A stretch of DNA of 64,000 nt from Octopus vulgaris (taxonomy: Eukaryota), in NCBI GenBank assembly GCA_951406725.2, contig OX597822.1:95790001-95854000 (forward strand), given 5' to 3'. The translations under genes and the position numbers were made by a program. Positions 28,381 to 42,421 of this stretch are shown in pieces. Within the stretch, counting starts at the first letter, position 1. The number at the start of each line of letters is the position of its first letter. Below the pieces are notes generated by a model. That model ran no database searches. It worked only from the letters and a program-made list of their open reading frames with translations, and had not been told where the DNA came from.

Positions 28381-28462
28381 TAGACTACACGTGTTTCATG
28401 GCTATATTTACTAATAACAGTAAAATCAATTCAATTTAAATATAGTCACTCATCAGTTCCAA
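28381..28462 (-). ncRNA. Type I hammerhead ribozyme (one stem I mismatch)
   Basis: Minus strand reads TGGAA-CTGATGA-GTGACTATATTTA...TAAATATAGCCAT-GAAA-CACGTG-TA-GTCTA. Confidence 0.7.
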
Positions 28463-29467
28463 GATAAAAATCAATAGAATAATTGAATAAATGTAGGTAT
28501 ATTATCTAATAAGAAAGTTTAACTATATGTAAAAATACGTAATTTTTCAATAAAATATCGAACAAAAATCCAACAATATATCTTAAAGCAAAAGCACAAA
28601 ATAACTTATTAAATATATTCTGTTAACTAAAATCTTTAAACTTAATACGTAGATCTTTGTGTTTATAATAAATTTATCTCGTTAAAAACATGGTGTAAAT
28701 AAAACTAGAATAAATAGATACACATTTTTATTTTGTCTATGAAAATATATTTAAGCTGTCTAAAAGTGAAAATGAACGGCTGTTTTGTCCGTTTCTGCAT
28801 GCGTAGATTTATAGTGAATGAGCAAAAGGATCACGGCATGTGAAGACCTTTCCCCGAAACTCGATATGCTAAAACTAACAGCTAAAAGTCCAGAGAATGT
28901 TTGTCGTTGTGGGTACATTTGCAGAAATGAACTTGCACAATGTTACACCTCTGAAAGTTTTTGAATTGTGGTCAGGGCAGAAATATACGAAAACATGAGT
29001 TGCTTAACGAAGAGCTCATTACTAACAGGATTTCAAGAGAAGACATATATACAGCATTATAATAACTGTTTTTACAGTTATTATTATGTGTGTGTATATA
29101 TATATGTGTGTACGTGTGTGTGTATATGTATATATGTAAATATGTCTGTGTGTCTGTGTTTTCGGGAAGTTTTAGCAGATGACATAAGATTAACATAACC
29201 ATAATGGAAAAACAGTAGTACAATCTCCTCCTAACATGTAAACTACAGCAGTTTCATTCTAAAACTATAATCTTTGTTGATTTATTCTTTAGCCTACCTC
29301 AGGTCACGATTTATTCAACAGCTTTTATTCTTACTTATCCTTAAAGGGAAGTGTCGGCTCTGAAGTACAACCCATCAACACCAAACACTATGCTTTTTTA
29401 TCTGGACTTAATATTAGTTTCAAATTTTAACACAAGGTCGGTAATTTAAGAGAAAGGAGTCGGTCTT

Positions 29468-29635
29468 AGGGGCATTTCGTCTGTCTTAATTTTCTGAGTT
29501 CAAATTCCGCCGAGGTCGACTTTATCTTTTATCCCTTTGGGGCCGATAAAATAATTAGCAGTTGAATACTGGAGTCGATGTAACCGACTTAACCCTCCCC
29601 TAAATTCGCTGGTCGTGCCAAAATTTGAAACCAAT
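29468..29635 (+). mobile_element. SINE family B, old copy with a different tail
   Basis: B box and core present. The tail is CCCTCCCCTAAATTCGCTGGTCGTGCCAAAATTTGAAACC, not the Tx1-like tail. Confidence 0.75.
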
Positions 29636-30349
29636 ATTCATAGAGAAAACTTCCCCTTCTGAACCAGAATATTTTTACTACAACACAAACTCCGCTCACG
29701 GAACCACATTCATTTCCTTACGCTTCACAATACTCAACGCACGCATATATCCTAAAGCATAATCAATAGAAGATTTTTCATTTCTTTGAAAAACACTCAC
29801 AATCAAACCACATCTACTTGTTAATAGATATATCATTTCTTCTCTAACGCTTTTCTAAAGCTACTACAGCGGTTTTTGCTCCTCTAAACAAAGTCAGCTT
29901 GACATACACATCTCTCCACAGTTTTCATGCCAATTCCGCATCATTTCACAATTCCAACACACAACAGTGTTTAAGACGTAGTCTAAAGCAGTGGCTCCTT
30001 ATCTTTTCTATGCTCCAGTATCCCTTTCTTTAATTTTCGTGCCTCTGCAAAATTGAATATTTTATCATTTGAAAAATTAAATTGCATATAGTACTGTGGA
30101 AGAATAAAGTTCTTGGTGTATTTAATAGAATTAATTTACTTGTTAAGACTTAATATATTTATTCTGAAAAAGTGATTTTAGTAAAGTATATACTTACATT
30201 CTTGTCGCAACTTCTGAAATTTCATCTCGAACACGTAGTGGGTGCGCACCAACCTAGATTTGGAACCCCTCGCATAGAAGAAGGTTTGTACTTGTGACCT
30301 TCGCATGTCCTCTGAGATTTGTGAGATCAATATGGCTTGCTTATATGCA

Positions 30350-30505
30350 TCGACCTCAGTACTCAACTGGTACTTGTTTTATTGACCCCGAAAGGATGAA
30401 AAGTAAACTCGACCTTGGCGGAATTTGAACACAGAGCGTAGCGACGGGTGAAATGCCTCTAAGCATTTCGTCCAGCATACTAACCATTCTGCCAGCTCGC
30501 CACCT
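30350..30505 (-). mobile_element. SINE family B, diverged
   Basis: GACCCCGAAAGGATGAAA...CTGCCAGCTCGCCACC. Confidence 0.75.
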
Positions 30506-31890
30506 TATATGCCTGAAATTAATAATGGATTGTCATGGTTAAAATGCTTTTGATCGTAAGTCTGTTCAGTCAAGATTGATCCGGAGCTAAACAACAACTG
30601 TCTGGAACGGGAAATCTCCCTTCACTATATTTTCTATGAGCGTCAACATAGTCAAGTTGAACCTGAACATAAATTATGATAAATGTATCCACCGCAACGG
30701 ATGCACCTCCGCACCTAATGAATTAGAGGAAAAGGAACAAATTAATAGTAACGAATATTAATGAAACACTTAGATTGGTATTAAAAGAATTAATCATTAA
30801 TATAACAATTTTGATCATCAATGAATGAGATGAAATTAAACATAAAAATCTTGTTATTAAATCCAATGATAATAAAACAAGCCAACAGACAGTACTAGTC
30901 TCTGGATAAATATAAAAGAAAATTAAATTGAGCAGACGTGGCTTACATAGTTATAAAATGTGAAGTGCCAACAAAACCTCGCAGGTAGATTCAAAAGAAG
31001 ATAGTAGCCATATTTCAAATGAATAAAACCACAGAAACGAAAATAATAAAAGCTCAAAGAAATGAAAGAAAGGTTATCGCTTGAAGTTATAGTGAAATCT
31101 CAAAAGATAAATCTGGCGAAAATAATTCGGATATTCTAAGTCAAAAAGAAATGATAAAAAGAGAATCAAATAGAAATAAATAATACGCAAATAGAAAGCC
31201 TCTTTCTCAAAATTCTTTTCAAAACATAAAAGATAACATTGACTTCAGGGAAGATATGAGAAAGAAAAGAATGTATTGAAAATGGTTAAATTAATGAGGG
31301 CAACACGAGTAAACGGTGTTAGTTTAGGAGAAAGACCAAGTAAACATCTGAGAAATGCAGCAACATGTGGGATTTACAGGAAGCTACAGAAAAAGAGTAA
31401 GTAACAGTCCTAGAAGTACAGTTTTGGGGTTGTACCACGTATGTATTTGATTACATAACGTGGATGTCTTCTCTTCAACTTGAGTCGGAGACGATGACAC
31501 GCATGAAATATCTTGCTCATTAAAAGTATCTGTACAGCATTAATTCCTCTTTATGTCCCTCAAGGCAATTAATAACTGTAATTGCTAAATCTGACAGGAA
31601 AACTGTGAGGATCTAACATAATGCTGTTTACTTCCTGTCATGCACAATCTATAGAACTTACCCTTGGCATCCATGATAGTGGCCAAAATATCACAAACAA
31701 TTCTATGTAACTTTGTCTCACTCGGGAGTAGAAGACCGAACTGTAGCATCGCCTTTGGCATGCAGGGACCTCAGATAATTCTCTTCGTTTTGATTACTAT
31801 CAGTTCCATATTATGTTCGACATCACTGCGATTAGAAATAACAATTCAGACATTTCACACGTGGCCTAAAACATAGTCATTTGTAGAATA

Positions 31891-32071
31891 GGTGCAGGAG
31901 TGGCTGTATGGTAAGTAGCTTGCTTACCAACCACATGGTTACGGGTTCAGTCCCACTGCGTAGCACCTTGGGCAAGTGTCATCTACTATAGCCTCGGGCC
32001 GACCAAAGCCTTGTGAGTGGATTTGGTAGACGGAAACTGAAGGAAGCCCGTCGTATATATGTGTGTGTGTG

Positions 32072-32102
<31 letters not shown>

Positions 32103-32110
32103 ATGTGTGT

Positions 32111-32148
<38 letters not shown>

Positions 32149-32352
32149 TTGCGTGTCTGTGTTTGCTCCCCCCCCAATATCGCTTAACTACCAATGCTGG
32201 TGTGTTTATGCCCTCGTAACTTAGCGGTTCGGCAAAAAGAGACCGATAGAATAAGTACTAGGCTTACAAAGAATAAGTCCTGGGGTCGACTTGCTAGACT
32301 AAAGGCGGTGCTCCAGCATGGCCACAGTCAAATGACTGAAACAAGTAAAAGG
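31891..32352 (+). mobile_element. SINE family A, full length
   Basis: Similar to 267-668. Confidence 0.9.
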
Positions 32353-32651
32353 GTAATACATAATATGTATATATATGATTATAGTCTACATATTTTAATT
32401 TTTGAGCTATTCTATAGAGTATCCAAGTATTTTGCTTTACTTTCGTACAATGCCAGTAACATATACATTTATTTGGCATGGTTGTGCGGTTAAGAGGTTC
32501 GCTCCGTAATTACACAATTGCGGGTTGAATACTAATGTATCACACATTGGACGAGTGCCTTCTGCTACAGAACTGGGTCGTCCATCGCCTTGTGATCAGA
32601 TTCGGTAGAGGGAAGCTGATGGGGGCCTACAAGTGCGTGTGCATTTACATA

Positions 32652-33875
32652 CAGAAGTTGGACATATTAATGGAAACACCTTAAAATTTCAAACAAATTT
32701 ATTTTCATATGGGGTAATTACAACTTGAATTCTATGAGGTATAGACTCTTACAAAGTTTGAATTGTTTCCAAAGGAATTTCTGTCCATTCTTCAGCTAAA
32801 ACAGTCTCCAGTTCTTGTAGTGATCGACTCCTTAATTGCTTTTCTAAAATGCACCATAAATGTTCAATGATATTGAGATCTGGCGGCCAGATAAGATGTT
32901 CAAATTCACTAGAATGTTCTTCGTGCCATTCAGTAACCAATATAGCTGTGCGAATTGGTGCATTATCATCCTGGATGATTGTGTTTCCCTCTGGAAACCG
33001 TTCTACAACCATAGAATGAATTTGATCAGATAAAATGTTTAAATAGTCTTGACTATTTATTCTGCCATGAAGGGAAACCATTGGGCCGTCGGATTTCCAA
33101 GATATAGCCACCCAGATCATCACAGATCCTCTTCCATGTTAACTGGGAGAAGGCAGTCTGGGTCAAGTGCTTCTTTTGGCCTTCTCCGCGCGCATAATCA
33201 GCCGGTGGTCGAAAATAAGGTAACGGATGACGTCTGAGAAAATAACATTCTTCCACTGCTCTAGGGACCAATTCTGTAGGTTTGTACTCCATCTAAACAC
33301 TTTGCAAAGTTTGTTTTTGAAAGTAGTGGTTTTCTGATTGCAGCCTTCCCGTGAAATCCGGATTTGTACAGTTCCAGGCGAACAGTTTTTGTGGAAACTA
33401 GGTTATCGAGGTGTTTATTAAACTCTGCAGTAATTTTGGGAGCTGTACTTTTGTGATCCTTTCCGACAATTCGCATAAGACTTCAACGGTCACAATCTGA
33501 AAGTTTTGGTTTTCTTCAGGAGTTTTGTTTCGATAAGGAGGTAATTCCCTCTTTCCCAAAGGCTATCATTACTTTCGAAACAGTACTTCTTGATACACCA
33601 AACATTTCGGCTGTTTTCGTTACGCTAGTGCTTGCCATATGAGCACCAACAATTTGACCTCTTTGAAAGTCCGATCGATCTGTCATTTTAATGAATTTTA
33701 ATTGCCTTTTTCTGATGCTGTCTGAAAAGAAACAGCAATTGTAGCAAAACATATTAAGCAACACTAATAATAAATAAAAAAACATAAAAATAAACAAGTT
33801 TTTGACGGTTTTATAGATAACTCAAAATTATGACGCTATGGTGCTAGGTGTTTCCATTATTTTGACCAACCCCTG
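32652..33875 (-). mobile_element. Tc1-family DNA transposon, decayed; interrupts an old SINE A (32477-32640 / 33900-34170)
   Basis: TIRs CAGAAGTTGGACATATTAATGGAAACACCT and AGGTGTTTCCATTATTTTGACCAACCCCTG flank transposase fragments. Confidence 0.9.
32749..33686 (-). pseudogene. Tc1 DD34E transposase, frameshifted
   Basis: HTH MTDRSDFQRGQIVGA...VSRSTVSKV, AAIRKPLLS, MIWVAISW, IQDDNAP, WPPDLNIIEHLW. Confidence 0.9.
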
Positions 33876-35199
33876 AATATATGTGCATGCGTGAGCATAT
33901 GTTGTGTGTGTGTGACTGTGTGTGTTTATGTGCGTTCGTGCGTGGGTGTGTGGATGCATGCGTGTGTGTCTCTGCGTGCATGTGTATGTGTGTGTGTCTG
34001 TCTGTGGAGGATTTCTAACATTAAAATAAATTAGTTCTTCGGTGAAAAGATTTCGATAGAATAAGCACCATTTCTGAAAATAAGTACTGGCGTTGAGTCA
34101 ATTGACTAAATCATTCAAAGCAGTGCCCCACCATGGCCGCAGCGCAATGACCGAAGTTAGTTAACAGAAAAGAGAATGACAGAACAGATATAACTATATA
34201 TTTTTTTAATGAATGACAGAAGCAAGCATTGGGCAGAAAACGAAACCACAGCAATTTTGTTGAATTAATAGTTATAATTTAAAATTTGTCAAAGAATTCT
34301 GTCTCGACTAACACACGTAAACCTATAGCATTATGTCATATCCTTTTTAAAAAAACTCTCTGTGCAGTTGTGTGTTTAATCAACATTTTAAATGGAATTG
34401 TTTATTTAATTCCCAAAGTCCATTTTCTGATACTTGTACCTGTTATTCCATACATTGTATTAATCACCAATATTTGCTTTACATGGCATTTCGGGAATGG
34501 ATTTCCGTTTCCTTCATTTTAATTGAAAATTGTAAAATGTTATCTTCCACGTTTATTTCTATTTGTATTCTTTATTTCCGCGGTAAGATTATTGTCTTTT
34601 TAGATTTCGCTGTATTTATCACGTTTCTTATTTAGTAACATTGCGTTTCATATAGCAGTTGTCAATAACCGGTTAATAGGGACGATTTTGTGAGAGATTT
34701 AAGACATTGCTTGTATTTGAAAGACAGTGTAAATTATTTTATAGTAAATGTCACTGCAACCAAAATCTCGAAGGGACGGGCTTGACTGTTTTTATTTCCG
34801 GGTTCATGTTATCCAGAGAATAGCATTTTCTGGATGATATGGTACCTATGATTATTAGCAAGCTGAACTAAGATAACATTATGTTGGTCTATATCAGAAC
34901 ATTTATATATTGAAGTAACATTAATTGTCTCAGAATAATTTTTTTCTGTCTTCTATCTTGGCCCGGTTCGGTAATGATTGCTCCTTACAGGCAGGCATTC
35001 CTTTCTCGCAACCTTTCTGCTCCCTTGTTCAACAATTAATATATTACTGCCTTTGAGGTGTTGATTTTGGTACAATTAACCAGTTCATAAAATACTGAAG
35101 TCATATCTATGGGTACTGATAATATCAACAATTGGTCATTTTGTCTATCTCGTGTTCTCTCTTCCTACCAGTAGTTCATGTGTTGGTGAGTTTCATGTC

Positions 35200-35968
35200 G
35201 GCTGTGATGGTGATCTTCAATACTGATATGGTCTGAGAGTTTGGTGTTAGTAATAAGTCGCCTAAGATGAGTCTGAAAAGCTTCTACTTTCTTTAGTGCA
35301 ACAGAATGCCAGTTGAGACATTTTAGCCTCTATAAAACAACTGGATGAATATAGGTGCTGTAGATGCTTGTTTGTGTGTGGTATTAGATTTGTTTTGAAG
35401 AAATTACAATTTTGTTCTTATCCAAGGCTGCCCAACCAAGTCCAATTCAATGGTTTACTGCTATGATTGCATTGTGTGTTGAAGAAATTTTATGTTCCAG
35501 GTAGATGATTTGCTTTACTGTTTTGCTGTATATTATAAGATTGAAGTCTGGATTAAGTTTATCTGGTTTTGATACGATGATAGGAAGTCCGACTTCTGTA
35601 GGACGTTTAGCAAGAAAATCAACACAAAATTGTAAGTTCTGGCAGGGTTCTTTAAATGCAAAAATATCATCAGTATAACTGAGAGTAGCGATGTCCTCTG
35701 ATTGAGATTCCAGGTGGACATTCATCTTCAGTTTTAGAAAGTTTATCGGGGATTACAATACGGGAGTATAGTTGAAAGTTCATATCCTTACTTCACTCCT
35801 TTTAATATATTGACTGATCTGGAGGTGTCAATATCAGTCTTGACGAAGGCCATTGAATTATCTTGAGTTTTAGCTGGTTAATATCTCTAGCTGATTCTTG
35901 TGCTTTCAAGCAATTTCCATGATAGGGACGCTTTACATTATCAAACGCTTTAGTGAAATCTATGAAGC
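35200..35968 (-). pseudogene. Decayed non-LTR reverse transcriptase (RTE-like)
   Basis: Minus-strand FIDFTKAFDNV at ~35930-35965, LSYTDD and VKQIIYL. Confidence 0.7.
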
Positions 35969-35973
35969 ATATA

Positions 35974-36017
<44 letters not shown>

Positions 36018-36118
36018 TTAGAGATAAAACCACTATTAGGCAAATCAAACAGTGAAAATCATAAACCAATACATAGAAATAAAATTAATTAATAAAAAAT
36101 ATATAAAATTCAAAATTT

Positions 36119-36175
<57 letters not shown>

Positions 36176-36553
36176 ACAAATTGAGATAGGGGTTGTAAAT
36201 GCAACCCTCCATGGGATAACATATATCCAATATAATGCTAGTGAAGTACCCAACAAAGTTAATACATAAATGTTAATGATTGCGATGCAATTAATTCATT
36301 TACTGTATTATATGGGCAAAGGTAAAATGATTTACCACAAATTACTGATACAAGATAAGAAAATGGAGAAATACATCTAAATCAAATATCAATTACCAGA
36401 TAATACTCAATCACATACTTTATTAAACCACCACATAAGAGACTGTAGGGTTAGATATAAAAAGCAGAACAAATCAGTGTATATAAAGGAATGTATATAA
36501 AAAGTGTACATAAACGAGTAATGTTGTATAATAAGTAGAATATATATAAAAGA

Positions 36554-36595
<42 letters not shown>

Positions 36596-39500
36596 GAGAG
36601 TGTACTGAAAAGTTCCTGGCTTTGGGTAATAAAACAATATAGTTTTACTTGGTTGTGTATTTGGTCGAATGCACCAATAGGGACTTTTATAATCACCAAC
36701 TAAAATCCATTTCGGATTTTAGTTCCCTTTGTGTCAGTTTTTGATTCGCGTTATAAGAAGATTCTCCAAACGAATTAGTTTACACATTTTATTTGAAGAA
36801 CTTTTAATAGAAATCATGCTGCCAAAACGAACAAGCCATATAAAGACGGTTAATCTAGTGACAAGACAAATGATGTACGAATGAAATTAATTTAGATGTT
36901 ATCTGATATCATTACAAGGCCGTCATAAATATTTCACATCATACCGACGATATCCTTGTACAAAAAAATAAATCTTATTAGGAAATCAAACAAACATGCA
37001 GAAACGCGTACGATAGCACTGAACCACAAACCAAAGCTGGTTGATTAAGTTGAAAATCGAGGCTATAACTCTATTTTACAACATACAATGGGTAAAGGAG
37101 AATGTATGAAGCAAATTGTTTTGATGTTATTAAGATAATGATTTCTGATGTCGTCCGACTGTCACAATTTATGACGAGGGTTAATCAAGTCGCTTCAAAT
37201 ATCTTATCGGCCTCGCAATTACGAAAAGTAAAGTCAACCTCGGCAGGATTTGATAAACTGCTTAATTAAAATTTCTACAAATCATTTTGTATGGAGCTCA
37301 AACGATTTTCCAACTCCGCTACATAGTGATAATGAAAAAAATATTATTTTTATCGATGAAACAGTAATGTCTGTTATACTAACAATGTTAATAGTATAGA
37401 TATTTCTTGTATAGAAAATATCGGCATATCTTATAGTTGAACAGTGACAGAGAACCCGTGTATGACGACCCCCACAACCACCACCACTAGTACTACTACT
37501 ACTACTACTACTGCTGCTGCTGCTAGAATAGACTTGAGTCATATCTTACAGAAACTGAACAGGAAGTTGGTGATATATATGAATTCAGATGATATATCAT
37601 TAATAGATTATGAGTTTACATATAACAGATTTAAAGTAATTCCTATGAACAGAAGACAGTATTTCGAAATACCATCTTTCATTATAGCAACACAGATTAA
37701 GAGATTTCAAAAGCAACTTACAGAGGGAAATATTCAACATCACACATCAATTTTCATCGATATATGCGAGTTGGTTTTATTTTCTATGTTTGTTTATCTT
37801 TAGTATTTGAAAATGTGGTGTTAATTGCACAACGTATCGCAACAAAAGATTGGAATTTTGCTACATGGATTAGAGGTTTGAAAATTAAGTTAAAACATAC
37901 ATGAGGCATTATGCAGGACGATATAAGTAAGATGATCTAGATGATAGGAGATAATCTCTCCAGAATGAATGAGTAGAATATATCCTGTTTCATAATTAAA
38001 TATAACATAAAAAATGAACTAACACATAAAAATAATTGGAATGTGTAAAACAAGGGATAATCGCCATAAATACAAGATTTAAAACACATGATATTATTTT
38101 GGAAAATGTTTTGTCTATGATGCTTAATATGAGATTTTAAAAATAAATCCCCAACTTCTATAGAACTATATACAATAAAATAGGGGTAATATGATATCAA
38201 TTTTGAAAATAATGTTAGTCCAACAATAATAGCCGGACTAGACTACTTTATGCGCAACTCCATTGTCTCCCGAGACAAAAAGGATGCCAACCAATACAAA
38301 TAGTAATGATATAAAGCAATAATAGAAACAAACAATAAAAAAATTAGCAACGCATTTTCTTTAAAATATTACAGATAATGATTAGAGACGTATTTTAAAC
38401 AATTTCGATGATTTGAAAATACTGTTTTATTTTATTTTGTTATTGTTTTTCTTTTCTGCAAAGTTATTCTTCAAGGCTATTGGTCATTGTTACCTGATAG
38501 ATTCCGCAGGAGAATAAAGTTATTCTTTATGACCATCCCTAATAAACCGGAACAACAATGATTGACAAGAAAAGATGACCCAGTAAATAACCGACCCGTC
38601 ATCAATCATAGTCTACGGGACAATTGAAGAGAGAATGTTGGTGGTAGATAGGCATTCTAAGTGCCACATGCCTCTTCAGCAATACCCGAAAGATTGCACG
38701 TTACACTGTGGTCAGTTGTGAACTGGTGCAAGTAACATCAGTAATGCAGATATATGCAGTGCAGACGGTGTAGGCATTCACCACCTTACAGACCTTCTCA
38801 AGTAGTTTCATTTCTGCCATTTTCTAGGACTGGCAAGCTGCCGGGATACTCACCCTGTCTGCTAGACGGAATCAGACCTCAAAATCTCTAACTTCACCAT
38901 CGGGGCCTATGTAGACTTGCATGTCCAACTGCCGATTTGCAGGCCTACAAACTTGTTATGGTCAATGTGTGCTCCTGCTAGGTCCTCAGATTTCTTTAGA
39001 TAAGGGGCAGGCTTCTTCGATATCTGATGCGACCGACATCATCGCAGTGATGTCAGTCATATGTACCAACACACCTGAAGTTGATTGAGATGTTACTCAA
39101 ATACTCTACACAACTTCAAGAAAGCAAACATACAAGAACAATACAAGGAGACACACGTGACCTAGCATGTGACCCAAACAATTAGTTTGACTACCAAACA
39201 GACCCTGCCGCAAACGGAGGCTTGTTTATTTGCGAATCAGTTCGTAACCCAGGAAATGGGTTTCTTGTTGGAGGCAACAGTGTCTGAAAAAGTGCTGCCC
39301 TTCTTGGCAGTGGCAGTAGTGACAATGGTGGTGATGGTAGCGGTGAGATGGTACCATAATTCCTCGTTGGCCGTAGCAGCCAAAATGCATCCGACATTCT
39401 TAGAAAATGTCTGTTTACCAGTATGATAAAAAAAAGACCTGGTTTTACAATCTGAGTTGATATATTCACAATTGTCAACCAAATTTGCTTCGAAATATTT

Positions 39501-40472
39501 GGAAGCGCCCACACTGCATTTTCAGTTAGAAGTTCTTACCACTACTCAGACTAAAAAGATATATTGTCATGCAAGCAAACGAGCGTTAACAAAATAATAA
39601 ATGACAAGTAAAAACAACGATTTATGTTCTTCGCCCCGGTATTAACAGTGTACCACCTCAAGTATTCCAGAGACTAATACTGCAGAAAAAAGAATTTTAC
39701 GAGAATTAAAAATATTCCTGTTCATTCGAAACACTTGTGAGACAAGTGTCCATCATACACAACAACAAGAGCACCATCACCATCACCACCACAGCGCCAT
39801 CAAGCACACAACGTTTATTGTTTTCTGGTTTAGACACAACACTAGCCATTTTGGTGGAAGGGAATTTGTCGATACCTACGACTCCAGAACTGGAGTGGCG
39901 CTTTATTTTATCGACCAGTGGTGATTATATTTGTGTTCGTGGTGGTGGTGGTGGTGGTGGTATTGGTGAGTTTGAAATGTAAAAGTTGACCTCATAGAGA
40001 TTTCAGCTCAGAATGTGAAGAACTGGAAGAGTTAAATATAGCAAGGTATTTGTTGTTCCAGCGCACTAAAGGCACTGTCAGCATTCCACTCTTAATAGTA
40101 AATGGTAACGACAACGACGACGACGACACCAACAACAATAATAATAATAATAATGATGATGATGATGATGATGATGATAAGCTCCGTAGTGAATAACAAG
40201 CATGGCGGACGTGTAAGAGTGAGCTTCCAGCGAAGAAGGATTAAATCTGTAATCATCGGCAAACAGGATATCAGAAACTGCAAAAATATGAAAGAAAATT
40301 GTTTCTTAATGTAAATCATTTCAAGACGCCGAAAGATTTCTCTCATATAAGAAACATAGTCGCTGCCAGGCACGATGTCGCAGCAAGACACGAGTGTGAG
40401 GATATAAACAACTAGTGGAGTTGCGATTTGCCTATACAAGAATTGAAACGATACGCGAAAATGCGATGTCCC

Positions 40473-40915
40473 GGATCTTTTCGGTTTGAACGGCAGTTTT
40501 TCTAGCGGTGTCATATGAAATTGTCACCCATAATTATGACCCTAGTATCGATCTATTGCATTTCAATCTGTTTTAGAGTCAGGGTTAGTTAGGGTTAGGG
40601 TTAAGATTAGGGTTAGGGTGGGGGGAAGGGTATCTTTTTTCTTCACAAATGTAAATAAACCCAATCTGTTTCTTAAACGAGGGACATATTCATACGACAC
40701 AGAATGTTTTCACCTCAATAGACGTCATTGATTGGTTGAAACTGCAGAAATTAAAGAAAAAACCAACAAATATCTTACAAACTATAGAATATTTTCAATA
40801 AAGCCAAGAGAAAAAGATGTTTTATAAACACATTCTACAAGTATACGAAGTTTAAAAGTGTTTTAGTTACGTGGAAATTATTTTTAAAAACTGCCGTTCA
40901 AACCGAAAAAGATCC
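40473..40915. mobile_element. MITE with 8-bp TSD and GG-starting TIRs (Merlin-like), internal TTAGGG repeats
   Basis: TIR GGATCTTTTCGGTTTGAACGGCAGTTTTT and its reverse complement. TSD GATGTCCC at 40465-40472 and 40916-40923. Confidence 0.85.
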
Positions 40916-40989
40916 GATGTCCCTACAGAAAAACTGTGACTACAAATAAAAATCGTATATACAGTCTCATTTCTACACACACGCGCACG

Positions 40990-41031
<42 letters not shown>

Positions 41032-41285
41032 TTAAATGCTTATATAATTCACACACGCACTCGTACATTCCGTACATGAACAAGACAACATAGAACACGC
41101 AATATTTAAACAAATTAAGATAGACAAATAAAAATAACAATAAATATACGATGCAACACGTGTCATTTTAGACAGTGAATAAGCATCGAGTGAAACAGCA
41201 TTATACCTGACATTATACCTCCGAAAACGCACAAGACACCATAAAAGAAGGAAGGGAACACAACAGAGATAACACTGCTCACGGT

Positions 41286-41884
41286 AGCTGGCAGAAACGT
41301 TAGCACGCCGAGCGAAATGCTTAGCGGTATTTCGTCTGTCGTTACGTTGTGAGTTCAAATTCCGCCGAGGTCGACTTTGCCTTTCATCCCTTTCGGGGTC
41401 GATAAATTAAGTACCAGTTACACATTGGGGTCGATGTAACCGACTTAATACCTATGTCTGTCCTTGTTTGTCCCATCTATGTTTAGCCGCTTGTGGGTAA
41501 TAAAGAAATAGAAATAGGTATTTCGTCTGTCGTTACGTTGTGAGTTCAAATTCCGCCGAGGTCGACTTTGCCTTTCATCCTTTCGGGGTCGATAAATTAA
41601 GTACCAGTTACATTGGGGTCGATGTAATCGACTTAATACCTATGTCTGTCCTTGTTTGTCCCCTCTATGTTTAGCCCCTTGTGGGTAATAAAGAAATAGG
41701 TATTTCGTCTGCCGTTACCTTCTGAGTTCAAATTCTGCCGAGGTCGACTTTGCCTTTCATCCTTTCGGGGTCGATAAATTAAGTACCAGTTACACATTGG
41801 GGTCGATGTAATCGACTTTAATCCCTTTGTCTGTCCTTGTTTGTCCCCTCTATGTTTAGCCCCTTGTGGGTAATAAAGAAATAG
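41286..41884 (+). mobile_element. SINE family B head-to-tail trimer
   Basis: Units 2 and 3 begin at GTATTTCGTCTG (~41518, ~41700) directly after GAAATAG. Confidence 0.9.
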
Positions 41885-41989
41885 GTAAATAAAAGGCTAA
41901 TCCAAAGTAAAATTTCTACACAGCTACTCAACCCAGAAATAAATAGAACAGAACAACAAATCAACAGCATACATAGATTGGCGAATGGA

Positions 41990-42373
41990 TGGAAGTACTC
42001 CGTCGGTTACGACGACGAGGGTTCCGGTTGATCCGAATCAACGGAACAGCCTGCTCGTGAAAGTAACGTGTAAGTGGCTGAGCACTCCACAGACACGTGC
42101 ACCCTTAACGTAGTTCTCGGGGATATTCAGCGTTGACACAGAGAGTGACAAGGCCGGCTCCTTGAAATACAGGTACAACAAAAACAGGAAGTAAGAGTGA
42201 GAGAAAGTTGTGGTGAAAGAGTACAGCAGGGATCACCACCATCCCCTGCCGGGAGCCTCAGTGGAGCTTTAGGTGTTTTGCTCAATAAACACTCACAACG
42301 CCCGGTCTGGGAATCGAACTGCATCCTATGACCGCGAGTCCGCTGCCCTAACCACTGGGCCATTGCGCCTCCA
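41990..42373 (-). mobile_element. SINE family C, full length
   Basis: Reverse complement of 62398-62782. Confidence 0.9.
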
Positions 42374-42421
42374 CGAAAGTAGAAGTAAATATTAGCAGTC
42401 GACATATATGGACCAGCGTAA

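Noticed and set aside
34290-35130. Possible Penelope RT remnant on the minus strand
   Set aside because: The resemblance is faint (LQFSIKMKE) and needs an HMM search.
38450-39520. Higher-complexity region, possible decayed LINE or exon
   Set aside because: No motif could be identified with confidence, and it has multiple stops.
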